A stretch of DNA of 32,000 nucleotides from Methanosphaera stadtmanae DSM 3091 (GCF_000012545.1 NC_007681.1:1500001-1532000); one strand, 5' to 3'. Positions 19,123 through 28,653 are shown, counted from the first letter of the stretch. Notes: generated by a model not told the origin, from the sequence alone. Numbers and translations: made by a program.

Positions 19123-19926
19123 TTAAGTTGACTCTAATGTAACCATTGTAATTTGTGGTGTTGCCATGAATCTAAATGGAACCTTTCTTTCACCAACACC
19201 ATTTGTTACAACAAGATATGCTCCACTATCTTCATATAATCCAGATAAATATTTGTGTCCCTTCTCAGATGGTTCAACCCATGGTGTATATCCAAATAAA
19301 TTTACTTGACCACCATGTGTATGTCCAGATAATGATAAATCAATACGAGTATGATTTAATGTATCAAAATAATTAGGATTATGATGTGCAAGAATAACAA
19401 AATCATCATCTGCAGCACCATTTGTTGTTAAACGTGGATACTGGAAATCAGTTGATAAATCACCAACTCCCCCTAATCTTATTTTAGCACCATCTTTTTC
19501 AATCCACACACCCCTATTTCTTAAGTTTGTAATAGATGATGCATCAAGTGCATTGGATGTTGTATTTTTAGGATCATTATTACCCAAAACACCATACACG
19601 CCATATTTAGCCCTAAGATTAGATAAAATATCAATACATGACTGTACATCGTCCTTATTATCTGTAACATAATCTCCAACCATAACAGTTATATCTGGAT
19701 TTTGTTCATTAGTTTTATTTACAACATAACTTACCCTATTCTCATCAACAAATTCACCATAATGAAAATCACCTATAACAGCAATGCGTGTTCCATTAAA
19801 CTCTGGTGGAATTTGATTAGATTTAACAGTTATTTCATTAACTTCAAGTTGTGTTGGTTCTATAATCATTATTGCTAAAAATAAACAAAGAATTAACAAC
19901 AATATCCCTACAATTTTTTTAAACAT
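19123..19926 (-). CDS. Membrane-anchored metallophosphoesterase (calcineurin-like, YkuE-type)
   Basis: Motifs IGDFHYG, VGDY, GNND, AHHNP and SGHTHGGQ follow an N-terminal TM segment. I prefer ATG 19926 (AGGTGA SD 8 nt upstream). The track's GTG at 19938 lies inside that SD. Confidence 0.8.
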   Translation of the reverse strand: MFKKIVGILLLILCLFLAIMIIEPTQLEVNEITVKSNQIPPEFNGTRIAVIGDFHYGEFVDENRVSYVVNKTNEQNPDITVMVGDYVTDNKDDVQSCIDILSNLRAKYGVYGVLGNNDPKNTTSNALDASSITNLRNRGVWIEKDGAKIRLGGVGDLSTDFQYPRLTTNGAADDDFVILAHHNPNYFDTLNHTRIDLSLSGHTHGGQVNLFGYTPWVEPSEKGHKYLSGLYEDSGAYLVVTNGVGERKVPFRFMATPQITMVTLEST

Positions 19927-19934
19927 AAATATTA

Positions 19935-21155
19935 TCACCTAAACTTCAATAACCATTTTGCTAATGGTTTTCCAATCAACCTTACAAATGCCATGATACA
20001 ATCATATCCAAAGAATTCTAAGTCTGATTTTACATTCACCATTTCACGTGGAATATTAATTTTCTGTGGACATTTATCTAAACAAACACCACAATTTCTA
20101 CATTTTCCTGCATAACTACCATTACCTCCTGCAAGTCCAGATAGTTGGAAATATTCTCCTGATTCTCCAAAGATATATTTATTATTATATATTTTAAAAC
20201 ATGCAGGAATATCTACACCATATGGACAGGGCATACAGTATCCACACTGGGTACATGGTATTTTAATGAGTTTATTATATATTTTTTTCACATTAGAATA
20301 TGTTTCTAATTCCTCTAAATCTATACTACTAGGGGGTGTATCATTTGTTGTTTTGATGTTTTCATCAACTTCACATATTCTTCCCATACCTGAGAGTACA
20401 CAAGTTACTTCCTTATGATTTAAAACCCAACGTAACGCCCATCGACTAGGATTATCTGTGATATTTGATTTATCCATCTTATTTTTAACTTCCATTGGAA
20501 CATTATTTGCAAGTAATCCACCCTTCAATGGCTCCATTACAAAAACACTTACATCATGATCATAGGCATATTTAACACCTTTTGTTCCTGCTTGTGCATC
20601 ATCATCAATAAAGTTGTACTGCAAAAGACACATATCCCAATCATAACTATCTATTATTTTTTTGAATGAATCATAATTATCATGGTATGAAAAACCTATA
20701 TTTTTCACTTTCTTTTCTCTTTTTATTCTATCAAGAAATTCAAAGATATTATATTCCTTAAGTTGTTTAAATGCAATATAATTTAGGGAATGAAGATAAT
20801 AAAAATCAATACATTCAACACCCAACTTCTCTAATTGTATATTAAGATATTTTTCCAAGTCATCCTCATTTTTAACAAACCATACTGGTAGTTTTGTAGA
20901 GATTAATATTTCATCACGTCTTTTTTCAAGAATTGATTTTAGAAAGGATTCACTTTCCCCATTATGATAGAGATATGCCGTGTCAATAAGATTTATTCCA
21001 TTATCTATAGCATGATTTATTAGTTGTGTTGCTTCTTTTTTATCTATCATACCATTTTTTGTAGGTAGTCTCATGGCACCAAATCCTAGTGCTGAAACTG
21101 CAGTATTTGTTTTTTTAACTGTTCTTTTTTGAATAAATACATCCCCCCAATACAT
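19935..21155 (-). CDS. Aldo/keto reductase with C-terminal 4Fe-4S ferredoxin-type domain
   Basis: 406 aa. AKR N-terminus LGFGAMRLP...DTAYLYHNGESE. Two Cys clusters: CTQCGYCMPCP and CRNCGVCLDKCP. Confidence 0.8.
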   Translation of the reverse strand: MYWGDVFIQKRTVKKTNTAVSALGFGAMRLPTKNGMIDKKEATQLINHAIDNGINLIDTAYLYHNGESESFLKSILEKRRDEILISTKLPVWFVKNEDDLEKYLNIQLEKLGVECIDFYYLHSLNYIAFKQLKEYNIFEFLDRIKREKKVKNIGFSYHDNYDSFKKIIDSYDWDMCLLQYNFIDDDAQAGTKGVKYAYDHDVSVFVMEPLKGGLLANNVPMEVKNKMDKSNITDNPSRWALRWVLNHKEVTCVLSGMGRICEVDENIKTTNDTPPSSIDLEELETYSNVKKIYNKLIKIPCTQCGYCMPCPYGVDIPACFKIYNNKYIFGESGEYFQLSGLAGGNGSYAGKCRNCGVCLDKCPQKINIPREMVNVKSDLEFFGYDCIMAFVRLIGKPLAKWLLKFR

Positions 21156-21315
21156 TTTTAGTTATATAATAATATTCTTATTTATTTACATTCTATATTA
21201 ATATATTATTTTAAATGATATGAAACATATATTATATTGTTAAATAATTTTTAGAAAAAATATAGAAAAAATACATTATTATAATAAAAAGTAAATTAAA
21301 TGGAGTTTTGATAGA

Positions 21316-21807
21316 ATGGATATTGTTGAAAAAAGAATTCCTGACCAAAAAGTAGCATATGTACCACACATTGATAGTTTTAGTAAATTACCAGAATTTA
21401 TTGAAGAAGTTGGTCAATTAATTTCTGAAAATAAATTAGAAGCAGTTGGTTTTCCTTATGGTTCCTATGATAATGATTTAGAGGAATATGCTGAAAATAG
21501 ACAAATTTTTGAAGTAGGTATGCCTATAAAAGATTTTTATGCTGATGGTAAACCTGCAGGTCGTATTGGTAAATTAGGTTTAAAAGAACTTACAGAACAC
21601 ACAGTTCTTTCAGGAAAACATAAAGGATCTCATAAAAACTTCAATGAAACTGTTAAAAAAATAGTAAAATATGCTGTTGAAAATCAGTATGATATTGTAG
21701 GACCTATCACTGAAATATACCTTCCAGCAAATGAGAACACTCCTGTTGAAGAGATTGAAACAGAAGTTCAACTACCTGTTATTTACATGGGTCCAAAAAG
21801 AGATTAA
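21316..21807 (+). CDS. GyrI-like small-molecule-binding domain protein (no DNA-binding domain)
   Basis: 163 aa. The overall pattern (VAYVPH...FPYGSYDND...FEVGMPI...HTVLSGKHKGSHKNFNET...GPITEIYL) matches the duplicated GyrI/SbmC-like fold signature. GGAG SD lies 10 nt upstream. Confidence 0.6.
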   Translation: MDIVEKRIPDQKVAYVPHIDSFSKLPEFIEEVGQLISENKLEAVGFPYGSYDNDLEEYAENRQIFEVGMPIKDFYADGKPAGRIGKLGLKELTEHTVLSGKHKGSHKNFNETVKKIVKYAVENQYDIVGPITEIYLPANENTPVEEIETEVQLPVIYMGPKRD

Positions 21808-21810
21808 ATA

Positions 21811-21832
21811 AATCTCTTCTCTACTTTTTTTT
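21811..21832 (+). terminator. Pyrimidine-rich stretch plus T8 after the GyrI-like gene
   Basis: aatctcttctctactttttttt, with the T8 at 21825-21832. Confidence 0.5.
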
Positions 21833-22630
21833 GAATTGATTAGGAATATGCAACTATTGTGTTTTGGTGTTTTTCAAAATATTTCGTTGTCAGTTTATAA
21901 ATATCAAATATTTGTTGATGTTTTATAACATGACTAAGAAAAATATATGAAATCATGTGTAAATAATTGTTATACATTCCTTAAACACGAAAAAATATTA
22001 TAATATCAATAATAATTAAAAATAATAATTATATCCATTATTAATTAAAAAAAAAATAGAAATAACCTTAAAAACACATTACTTAAAATAAAATTTCAAT
22101 TTTAATAAAACTAAAATAATAATAAAAAAGGTGTGTAGTTTTAAATATAACTTTATTTTATTAAAGTCTATTTAGAATTAGCTATCTCTAAAAGCTCAGG
22201 TAAATTGTGTAGATTTTCCCCTTTAGAAAGAATGTTGAGGGTATTTAAATTAATAAAAAAGTTTATTTCAAAACCTTTTTACTGTAAAAAAATTTTGAAA
22301 AAATATACTATATAATTTATCTTAAATCATCTTTCATTTTTTTAGTCTTTCTTTTATTAATATTTAAATACTACTTCATTCTCATATAGCTAATTAATTA
22401 ATTATATATTATGTTTACACTAATATATAAAAAAAGTGGTAAAAAGATACATTATATTAATTTCACATATTCCCTATTTTATTTAGAAATTTTCTTATTT
22501 TTTATTAAAAAGATATTATATTGTTTAAATTATTAAAATAAAGATTATACAAAAATGCAATGATTTCTATTAATGTTGAAATAGTGAGTATTAAAAATAG
22601 TTTTAATAAAAATTAGAATTAAATTATTTA

Positions 22631-22656
22631 AGAAAAAAAATGAGAAAAAAGAAAAA
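22631..22656 (-). terminator. Oligo-T tracts (minus strand) after eif5A
   Basis: The plus strand shows agaaaaaaaatgagaaaaaagaaaaa, which gives T5, T6 and T8 runs on the transcribed strand directly after the stop. Confidence 0.5.
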
Positions 22657-23055
22657 TTAGTTTCCTCCTTTTGTTCTCATAATTTTCATGTTTCCCATAG
22701 CTTCTATGTATTCTACTTCTTTACCTTCAGCAATATCTCCTTTTAAATCTTCAGGAATAGGTAAATCAATAGTTTCATAGGTTTCTAAGTCCATTAATTG
22801 AACTTCTTCACCCATTATTGCTAAAACTTGTCCTACTCTTTTATCAATGATAGGTATGTCTACTTTTGCGTTTACAGGTTTTACAAGACTTCTTTTTTGA
22901 TTATCAAAAATTCCTACTGCTTCAATACGTGCTTTTGCTGCACCGTGTTTACCAGGAGATGATGTTGATATACTGGTAATTTTTGAAGCTTCTCCACCTA
23001 ATACTAAGTATTTTCCTTGTTTTAAAGTTTTTATTTCTGCTACTTTAGTTGCCAT
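22657..23055 (-). CDS. eif5A: Translation initiation factor aIF-5A
   Basis: 132 aa. The hypusine loop [16 protein letters not shown] is present, as is a C-terminal OB-fold region. GAGGA SD lies 7 nt upstream. Confidence 0.92.
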   Translation of the reverse strand: MATKVAEIKTLKQGKYLVLGGEASKITSISTSSPGKHGAAKARIEAVGIFDNQKRSLVKPVNAKVDIPIIDKRVGQVLAIMGEEVQLMDLETYETIDLPIPEDLKGDIAEGKEVEYIEAMGNMKIMRTKGGN

Positions 23056-23317
23056 TAAATTTCCTCGAAAAAATTTTTTATGATTTAAATATAATAAAAT
23101 ATTCTATTGATTATTTTATCAAAAACAAACAAAAAGAGTTATTTTATTAACTTAAGTACTTAATCATATTAAAAATTCAATTGTATATTTAAATACAATA
23201 TAGATATGATATAATATATATTTTATCTAATTAATATAGATTTCTAACAAGTACATATAACTACATATAATAATTAATAAAAAAAAATAATAAAAAAATA
23301 AATTTAAAAATAATGTA

Positions 23318-23758
23318 TCATGCTTTAGCTACTTGTCCAGACGATGTTTTATATGCTCTTCCTGAATCTACAACACGTCCATTACTATATTCTGTATAAT
23401 AATAATTTCCATCAGATCCCCTATAATAATCAGTACCTGTTGTATAATAATCCTTTGAATCTAATTTTGCCTTTACAGTATTTGGACTACTTACTCCATC
23501 AGCATAAGTTCCACCTGTTGGTTTATAATATGATGAATCTTGTGTAGCTGGTGGTTTATTATTTGGATTACCTGTTGTTGTAGAACTAGATACACTATTG
23601 TCTGTTGTGTTGTTTTGTGTATTATTATCCTGTGTTGTATTATTTTTTGTGGAATTTATTTCCTGAATTTGATTTTCTAATTGATTGTTCTGAATAAATA
23701 AATATGAAATACAACCAACAAATGCTATAATGATAATTGAAATCATGATTATAACCAT
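23318..23758 (-). CDS. Hypothetical membrane-anchored or secreted protein with an Asn/Thr-rich linker and a Tyr/Gly-rich C-terminal domain
   Basis: 146 aa. An N-terminal TM (IIMISIIIIAFVGCISYLFI) is followed by low-complexity NNTTQDNNTQNNTT and then YY-rich KDYYTTGTDYYRGSDGNYYYTEYSNG. I recognised no family. Confidence 0.45.
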   Translation of the reverse strand: MVIIMISIIIIAFVGCISYLFIQNNQLENQIQEINSTKNNTTQDNNTQNNTTDNSVSSSTTTGNPNNKPPATQDSSYYKPTGGTYADGVSSPNTVKAKLDSKDYYTTGTDYYRGSDGNYYYTEYSNGRVVDSGRAYKTSSGQVAKA

Positions 23759-24074
23759 ACTACTTCTAATACTATCCCCTCATATATTTAGTTTTAAACT
23801 AAATTAATATTATTAAATATTTTTTAAATTCAATATATTTAATATTATACTTAAAAGTAGTTTTTTCTTCCCTTTTTTATTAGATTATTCTGATAATTTC
23901 TTTAAAAAAAAATTCTATTAGTATTTTTCTATTGTATATATTATTAAAGTAAGAATATATATTATAAAAAATAAAGATATATCTGATTATTATTAAACAA
24001 TATGATATTTTAATAATTATAATAAGAAATAATTCTTTTTAAAAAAAATATGAATTAAAAGGAGTAACAATTTT

Positions 24075-24692
24075 ATGTTTATAGACATTAACAAAGATAA
24101 AATACATGAGATACAAATGTCATGGTATTCATGGAGAAATAATGCTAGTACAACTACAATGGTATTATTATCATTTTTAGTAGCATGTTTCACTGGCCTT
24201 ATGGCTCAAGTATCAATTGCAATTCCATGGAGTCCTGTTTTAATTACTTTCCAAACATTTGCTGTATTACTTGCAGGTGTATTCTTAGGTAGTAAATGGG
24301 GTGGATTCAGTATGATATTATATACTGTTCTTGGTATTTTAGGAATGCCATGGTTTACAAGTATGCATAGTGGACTTGAATGGATCTTCTCAGCTAGTGG
24401 AGGATACATAATTGGATTTATTTTAGCATCCATATTTATTGGACATGTATTTGATAATTATACTACTGCTAGAAAACCTATCCAAACAGTTATATTAATG
24501 TTAATTGCTAATTTTGTAGTAATATACATACCAGGTTTACTTGGATTATATAATTTCATGATAAATAATGGAAAACCTGTAACAATCACAGGATTATTAA
24601 TTGCTGGTGTTGTACCATTTATAGTAGGAGACTTACTTAAAATTGCAATGGCATCTGGAATAACCACATCTATTTTACCAAAAGAAGATTAA
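24075..24692 (+). CDS. bioY: Biotin transporter BioY (ECF S-component type), solitary
   Basis: 205 aa, 6 TM. FQTFAVLLAGVFLGSKWG, GGYIIGF and PFIVGDLLK are typical of BioY. AAGGAG SD lies 11 nt upstream. Confidence 0.8.
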   Translation: MFIDINKDKIHEIQMSWYSWRNNASTTTMVLLSFLVACFTGLMAQVSIAIPWSPVLITFQTFAVLLAGVFLGSKWGGFSMILYTVLGILGMPWFTSMHSGLEWIFSASGGYIIGFILASIFIGHVFDNYTTARKPIQTVILMLIANFVVIYIPGLLGLYNFMINNGKPVTITGLLIAGVVPFIVGDLLKIAMASGITTSILPKED

Positions 24693-24700
24693 TTCTTCTT

Positions 24701-24735
24701 TATTTTTTTTAAATAAAAATAGAATCTATTTTTTT
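24701..24735 (+). terminator. T8, an A/T hairpin and a T-run after bioY
   Basis: T8 lies at 24703-24710. The palindrome aaaaataga-a-tctattttt (24715-24733) runs into further T to 24735. Confidence 0.45.
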
Positions 24736-24799
24736 AAAATTATATTTAGAAAAAGTAATTTGAAAGAAAAAATTATTAATAGAAAACTAATTATTTTTT

Positions 24800-25789
24800 T
24801 TAATCAGTTACACTATTTATTCGAGATTTATGTACATGATTATTTCTATTTAACACAGCATCATCATATACATTTTTAAGAGTATGCATATCTACACTTG
24901 TATAGATTTGAGTTGTACTTAGATTACTATGACCTAATAACTGTTGAATTGCTCTAATATCAACACCATTTTTAAGTAGATGTGTTGCAAATGAGTGTCT
25001 TAATATGTGGGGTGTGACTCTTCGAGTAATTCCTGCATCTTTTGCATATTCTTTAATCATTAACTGAATATATCTTGAACTTAGACTAGTATTTCTTTGA
25101 TTTACAAATAAATATTCATTCTCAACACCACGTTTATCTAAATATTCATGTATTAAATCAAGAGTATCTTCATCAAAAATAACTATCCTATCCTTATCTC
25201 CTTTTCCTCTTACTCTGATTGTTCTTTCATTCTCATCTATTGTTGTTACTTTTAGTTTTGTAAGTTCTGATACTCTTAGACCAGTTGAATATAGAAGAGT
25301 TAATATGAGTTTATTTCGTAGTCTTGTGATATTTTGAGGATTGGTTTTTTCAGGATCATATTCATTATCTTTAGCATGAATTAAATCGTATACTTCCTGT
25401 TCATTTAATGATTTAGGCAATGATTTTGTTCTCTTTGGTGCTTTAATTTCTTCATATATATGAATTTCTGCAAATTCAAAGAATTTCTTTAAAACTACTG
25501 TTACTAGATATATGTAATTTGTAGATACTTCTTTTTCTCTTTTTAAATATTGTAAATATCTTTTAAAGGCACGTAACATTCCTTTTTCATCTTTAATTTT
25601 TCTATCTGACAAGATAAATTTGTAAAAGTTGTCAAGAATAGATTTATATGTTTTTAATGTATTTGAGGAATAACCTTGTATATCCATTTCTAAAATATAA
25701 TCTTCCACTTGATCTTCAAAGTATATCTCATCTAAATAATCTGATGTCAAAGTCCCACTCCCTTGCATCATGTTTTTATAGTTTATCAA
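24800..25789 (-). CDS. xerA: Tyrosine recombinase, XerA/XerC/D-like
   Basis: A C-terminal catalytic region is present: [33 protein letters not shown]. The track start is TTG 25789; ATG 25771 is an alternative. Confidence 0.8.
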   Translation of the reverse strand: MINYKNMMQGSGTLTSDYLDEIYFEDQVEDYILEMDIQGYSSNTLKTYKSILDNFYKFILSDRKIKDEKGMLRAFKRYLQYLKREKEVSTNYIYLVTVVLKKFFEFAEIHIYEEIKAPKRTKSLPKSLNEQEVYDLIHAKDNEYDPEKTNPQNITRLRNKLILTLLYSTGLRVSELTKLKVTTIDENERTIRVRGKGDKDRIVIFDEDTLDLIHEYLDKRGVENEYLFVNQRNTSLSSRYIQLMIKEYAKDAGITRRVTPHILRHSFATHLLKNGVDIRAIQQLLGHSNLSTTQIYTSVDMHTLKNVYDDAVLNRNNHVHKSRINSVTD

Positions 25790-25801
25790 AAAAAATTCTT
25801 C

Positions 25802-25852
25802 AAAAAAAATATTATGAAGAAGAATGATTATTTTATTATTCTTCTTTTTTTT
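25802..25852. terminator. Hairpin flanked by A8 and T8: bidirectional-type terminator between dnaG and xerA
   Basis: The stem pairs gaagaagaat (25816-25825) with attcttctt(t) (25838-25847). A8 lies at 25802-25809 and T8 at 25845-25852. On the minus strand the hairpin is followed by a T8 run. Confidence 0.5.
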
Positions 25853-25859
25853 ATGAAGA

Positions 25860-27242
25860 TTATTTTGTAATAATTTTTATAGTTTCAGGTTTTTTTACAA
25901 CCTCAGACATTTTAACTGCTACTAAACATTCAATATTTTTTTCTTTAGATAAATCAACAATTCTTTGTGTTATTATTCCATCAAAAACAATGTTTTTTAT
26001 TGTTTCTTTTGAATTTTTAACTTCATTGTATATATCTGATACTTTTACTTCTTTAAGTAAATTAAAGTCCATATCATATAATCTTCCTTTACCTGTACCA
26101 GATAATTCTTTAAGCATTAATTCATATTTATTTAAGTGTGTTTCTTCTGTTTCATTATGTTTTTCTGTAGATTTTTGTGTTTTTTCTTTGGAATTATCTT
26201 TTACTTGTTTATTTTCATTTTTTTGTTGTTTAAATTGTTTTGATTCGTTTTTTTGTGAATATTTATCTGTTTTATTAACTGAAGATGTTACTTCATGTAA
26301 TTTAGATTCAAATTTATCATGTGATTTTGGTTTATTATGATATCTGTGCTGATTATGATTATAATTAGCATGACTTGTTATTTTATCTACTGATGTTTTA
26401 TTTTTAAGTGCATAGATTACTTGATCCTTATCTAAATACTCTACTTCAAGACCTCTAGGTGCTCTTGTTACATAGTCAATATCACCAATTTGAAGTAATT
26501 CTTTTAGTATTAAGTCTCCTCCCCTATCACCATCTAGAAATGCTGTGACAGTTCGTTTTTTTGTTAAATCTGCAACTGTTTTAGGAACATTAACACCTTC
26601 TACAGCTATGGTATTTTTTATACCATATTTAAGTAGATTGAGTACGTCTGATCTTCCTTCTACAATAAGTATTGCATCAGATGTTGGAGTATTTGGACCA
26701 GCTGGAAGATTATCCTCACCATATTCTATTATTTCAGGACGTCTTATTGATTCTTTAACTTCATCAATCATTCTTGAACTTTCAGGAGTAAATTCTTCCA
26801 TCATATTTTGGTATAATTCTTTTGCTCTTTCTACAATAGTTCTTCTTTTAACAGCACGTACATCTTCAATTTTTGTTACTCTTAGGTTAGCTTCACATGG
26901 TCCAACCCTGTTAATTGTTTCAAGTGATGCTGCGAGAATTGTTGTTTCTATTCTATCAAGACTGGATGGAATTATAATTTCTCCTTTTGTTCTTCCAGAT
27001 CTATTAGTCATATCCACTTTAATTCTACCGATTCTACCTGTTTTTTGTAATTCACGTAGATCTAGACTATCACTAAGTAGTCCTTCTGTTTGTCCAAATA
27101 TTGCACCTACTACATCAGGTTTTTCTACAAATCCTTTTGCATTTATTTGTGAATGTATTAAATATTTAGTAGTTGTAATTTCATCTTTAACCATGTAATA
27201 ATAATCTTCATCATCATGATATTTGGCATTTTTATGTGTCAT
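25860..27242 (-). CDS. dnaG: Archaeal DnaG-type primase (Toprim protein, exosome-associated in other archaea)
   Basis: 460 aa. N-terminal [30 protein letters not shown]. Toprim motifs ILIVEGRSD and [11 protein letters not shown]. An ~80-aa linker rich in Lys, Gln and Asn precedes the C-terminal domain. Confidence 0.88.
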   Translation of the reverse strand: MTHKNAKYHDDEDYYYMVKDEITTTKYLIHSQINAKGFVEKPDVVGAIFGQTEGLLSDSLDLRELQKTGRIGRIKVDMTNRSGRTKGEIIIPSSLDRIETTILAASLETINRVGPCEANLRVTKIEDVRAVKRRTIVERAKELYQNMMEEFTPESSRMIDEVKESIRRPEIIEYGEDNLPAGPNTPTSDAILIVEGRSDVLNLLKYGIKNTIAVEGVNVPKTVADLTKKRTVTAFLDGDRGGDLILKELLQIGDIDYVTRAPRGLEVEYLDKDQVIYALKNKTSVDKITSHANYNHNQHRYHNKPKSHDKFESKLHEVTSSVNKTDKYSQKNESKQFKQQKNENKQVKDNSKEKTQKSTEKHNETEETHLNKYELMLKELSGTGKGRLYDMDFNLLKEVKVSDIYNEVKNSKETIKNIVFDGIITQRIVDLSKEKNIECLVAVKMSEVVKKPETIKIITK

Positions 27243-27586
27243 TTAATCGCCTTTTTTTTATTAATTTCTGATTATAAAATTTATATTTTTAATTTAAGCC
27301 AATTAGATGAAAAATTTTTTTTATTTAATATTTTATTAGTATTACTCCAAACATAGGAGTTATAACATTATTATCATAATAATTTTTTTAAATTATATTT
27401 TATATTTCAATAACTTACTTCGTTATATCGATATACAGTATTATTTTAATTAGAATTTATTATTATATTTATTGTATTTTTATAGAAATTAAGTATTTTT
27501 TAAATATTAAAAAAGATATAAATTATATAAAAGATAAAAAACAATGTTTATCTAACAAGGATTTTAAATCGGAGGATTTAATAGAA

Positions 27587-27877
27587 ATGGAAAATTCACT
27601 AATAAGAGTAGTTTTAGATATTTTAAAACCACATTCCCCATCACTACCATCATTTGCTATGTATTTAAGCTCACTTGATGGAGTAGATGGTGTAAATATA
27701 ACATTAATTGAAATTGACAAAGATACTGAAAATATAAAAATAACTATGGAAGGAAAAGATCTTAATTATGATAAAATTAGAGAAGCTGTAGAAAATTATG
27801 GTGCTTCAATCCATAGTATTGATGAAGTTGTTGCTGGTAAAAGATTAGTTGAAGAAGTAACAACACCACAAGACTAA
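27587..27877 (+). CDS. DUF211-family protein (COG1888-like)
   Basis: 96 aa. The pattern LDILKPH.P....A..L..LDGVDGVNITLIEID..TENIKITMEG......I......GASIHSIDEVVAG matches DUF211 as I recall it. GGAGGA SD is present. Confidence 0.7.
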   Translation: MENSLIRVVLDILKPHSPSLPSFAMYLSSLDGVDGVNITLIEIDKDTENIKITMEGKDLNYDKIREAVENYGASIHSIDEVVAGKRLVEEVTTPQD

Positions 27878-27880
27878 ATA

Positions 27881-27913
27881 CTCATAACTACCTTTTTTTA
27901 TATTATTTTTTTT
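27881..27913 (+). terminator. T7 and T8 tracts after the DUF211 gene
   Basis: ctcataactacctttttttatattatttttttt. Confidence 0.45.
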
Positions 27914-27943
27914 ATAATAGATATTTTTAGAGATGAAATTTAA

Positions 27944-28618
27944 ATGTCAAAAGGAAAAATAACTCCAAAAAACATATTACATGGAAATAAAAAAAAACAA
28001 GAAAAAATAACTCTTGAAAACCTACTTGAAGTAGCAAGTAGTGATAATGTATCTGATGCCATGAAAAATTTATATGGTAAAGACGGCCTTATTAATGGTA
28101 TTAAACCAATAGATCCATCATATAAAGTTGTTGGAAAAATTAAAACAGCAACTACCAATTCATATGATTGGGGTACTGGTATAAAAGGAATTTATAACAC
28201 CAATATTGATGAAATCTTATTTATTAAATGTTCAGATGATGAATATGCAGTGTGGGGTGAAATGGCATCTAAAGCTGCACAAAAACAAGGACTAAAGGCT
28301 ACTGTTATTTATGGAGTATCTAGAGACACAGAAGATATTATTAAATTAAATTATAAAGTATTTTCAAAAGATATAAAATCACATGCTGGACTTCCATCAA
28401 ATAATGGCTTGTTAAATGAACGTATTGTTATTGATGATAACATTATTTGTAATGGTGATGTTCTTGTTGGAGATATGGATGGTGTTGTTATAATACCACA
28501 GGAAAAAGTAGAAGAAGTACTTCATGAAGTTGAAAACATAAAGAAATTTGAAACTGAAAGTTTAAAGGAAATGATAGATAAGGAGATTCCTTTAGATGAA
28601 GTTTTAGGTATTAAATAA
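27944..28618 (+). CDS. RraA-family protein (RraA / 4-hydroxy-4-methyl-2-oxoglutarate aldolase-like)
   Basis: 224 aa. VSDAMKNL...G, GEMASKAAQKQGLKATVIYGVSRD and GDVLVGDMDGVVIIP resemble the RraA fold signature. Confidence 0.6.
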   Translation: MSKGKITPKNILHGNKKKQEKITLENLLEVASSDNVSDAMKNLYGKDGLINGIKPIDPSYKVVGKIKTATTNSYDWGTGIKGIYNTNIDEILFIKCSDDEYAVWGEMASKAAQKQGLKATVIYGVSRDTEDIIKLNYKVFSKDIKSHAGLPSNNGLLNERIVIDDNIICNGDVLVGDMDGVVIIPQEKVEEVLHEVENIKKFETESLKEMIDKEIPLDEVLGIK

Positions 28619-28630
28619 TTATTTTTAACA

Positions 28631-28653
28631 TACTTAACTTCTAATTTTTTTTT
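28631..28653 (+). terminator. T9 tract after the RraA-like gene
   Basis: tacttaacttctaattttttttt, with the T9 at 28645-28653. Confidence 0.5.

Noticed and set aside
24800-25789. The tyrosine recombinase as a marker of an integrated mobile element or provirus
   Set aside because: Its neighbours are housekeeping genes (bioY, dnaG). It has no adjacent tRNA, no flanking direct repeats that I could find, and no phage or plasmid genes. It is most simply the chromosomal XerA dimer-resolution recombinase. I could not identify a dif site by eye.
26545-27198. A 217-aa + strand ORF antisense to dnaG, and a 116-aa ORF at 25990-26340
   Set aside because: The opposite strand encodes an unmistakable DnaG (Toprim and N-terminal motifs). 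The antisense translations are Ser/Leu/Phe-rich low complexity with no SD.
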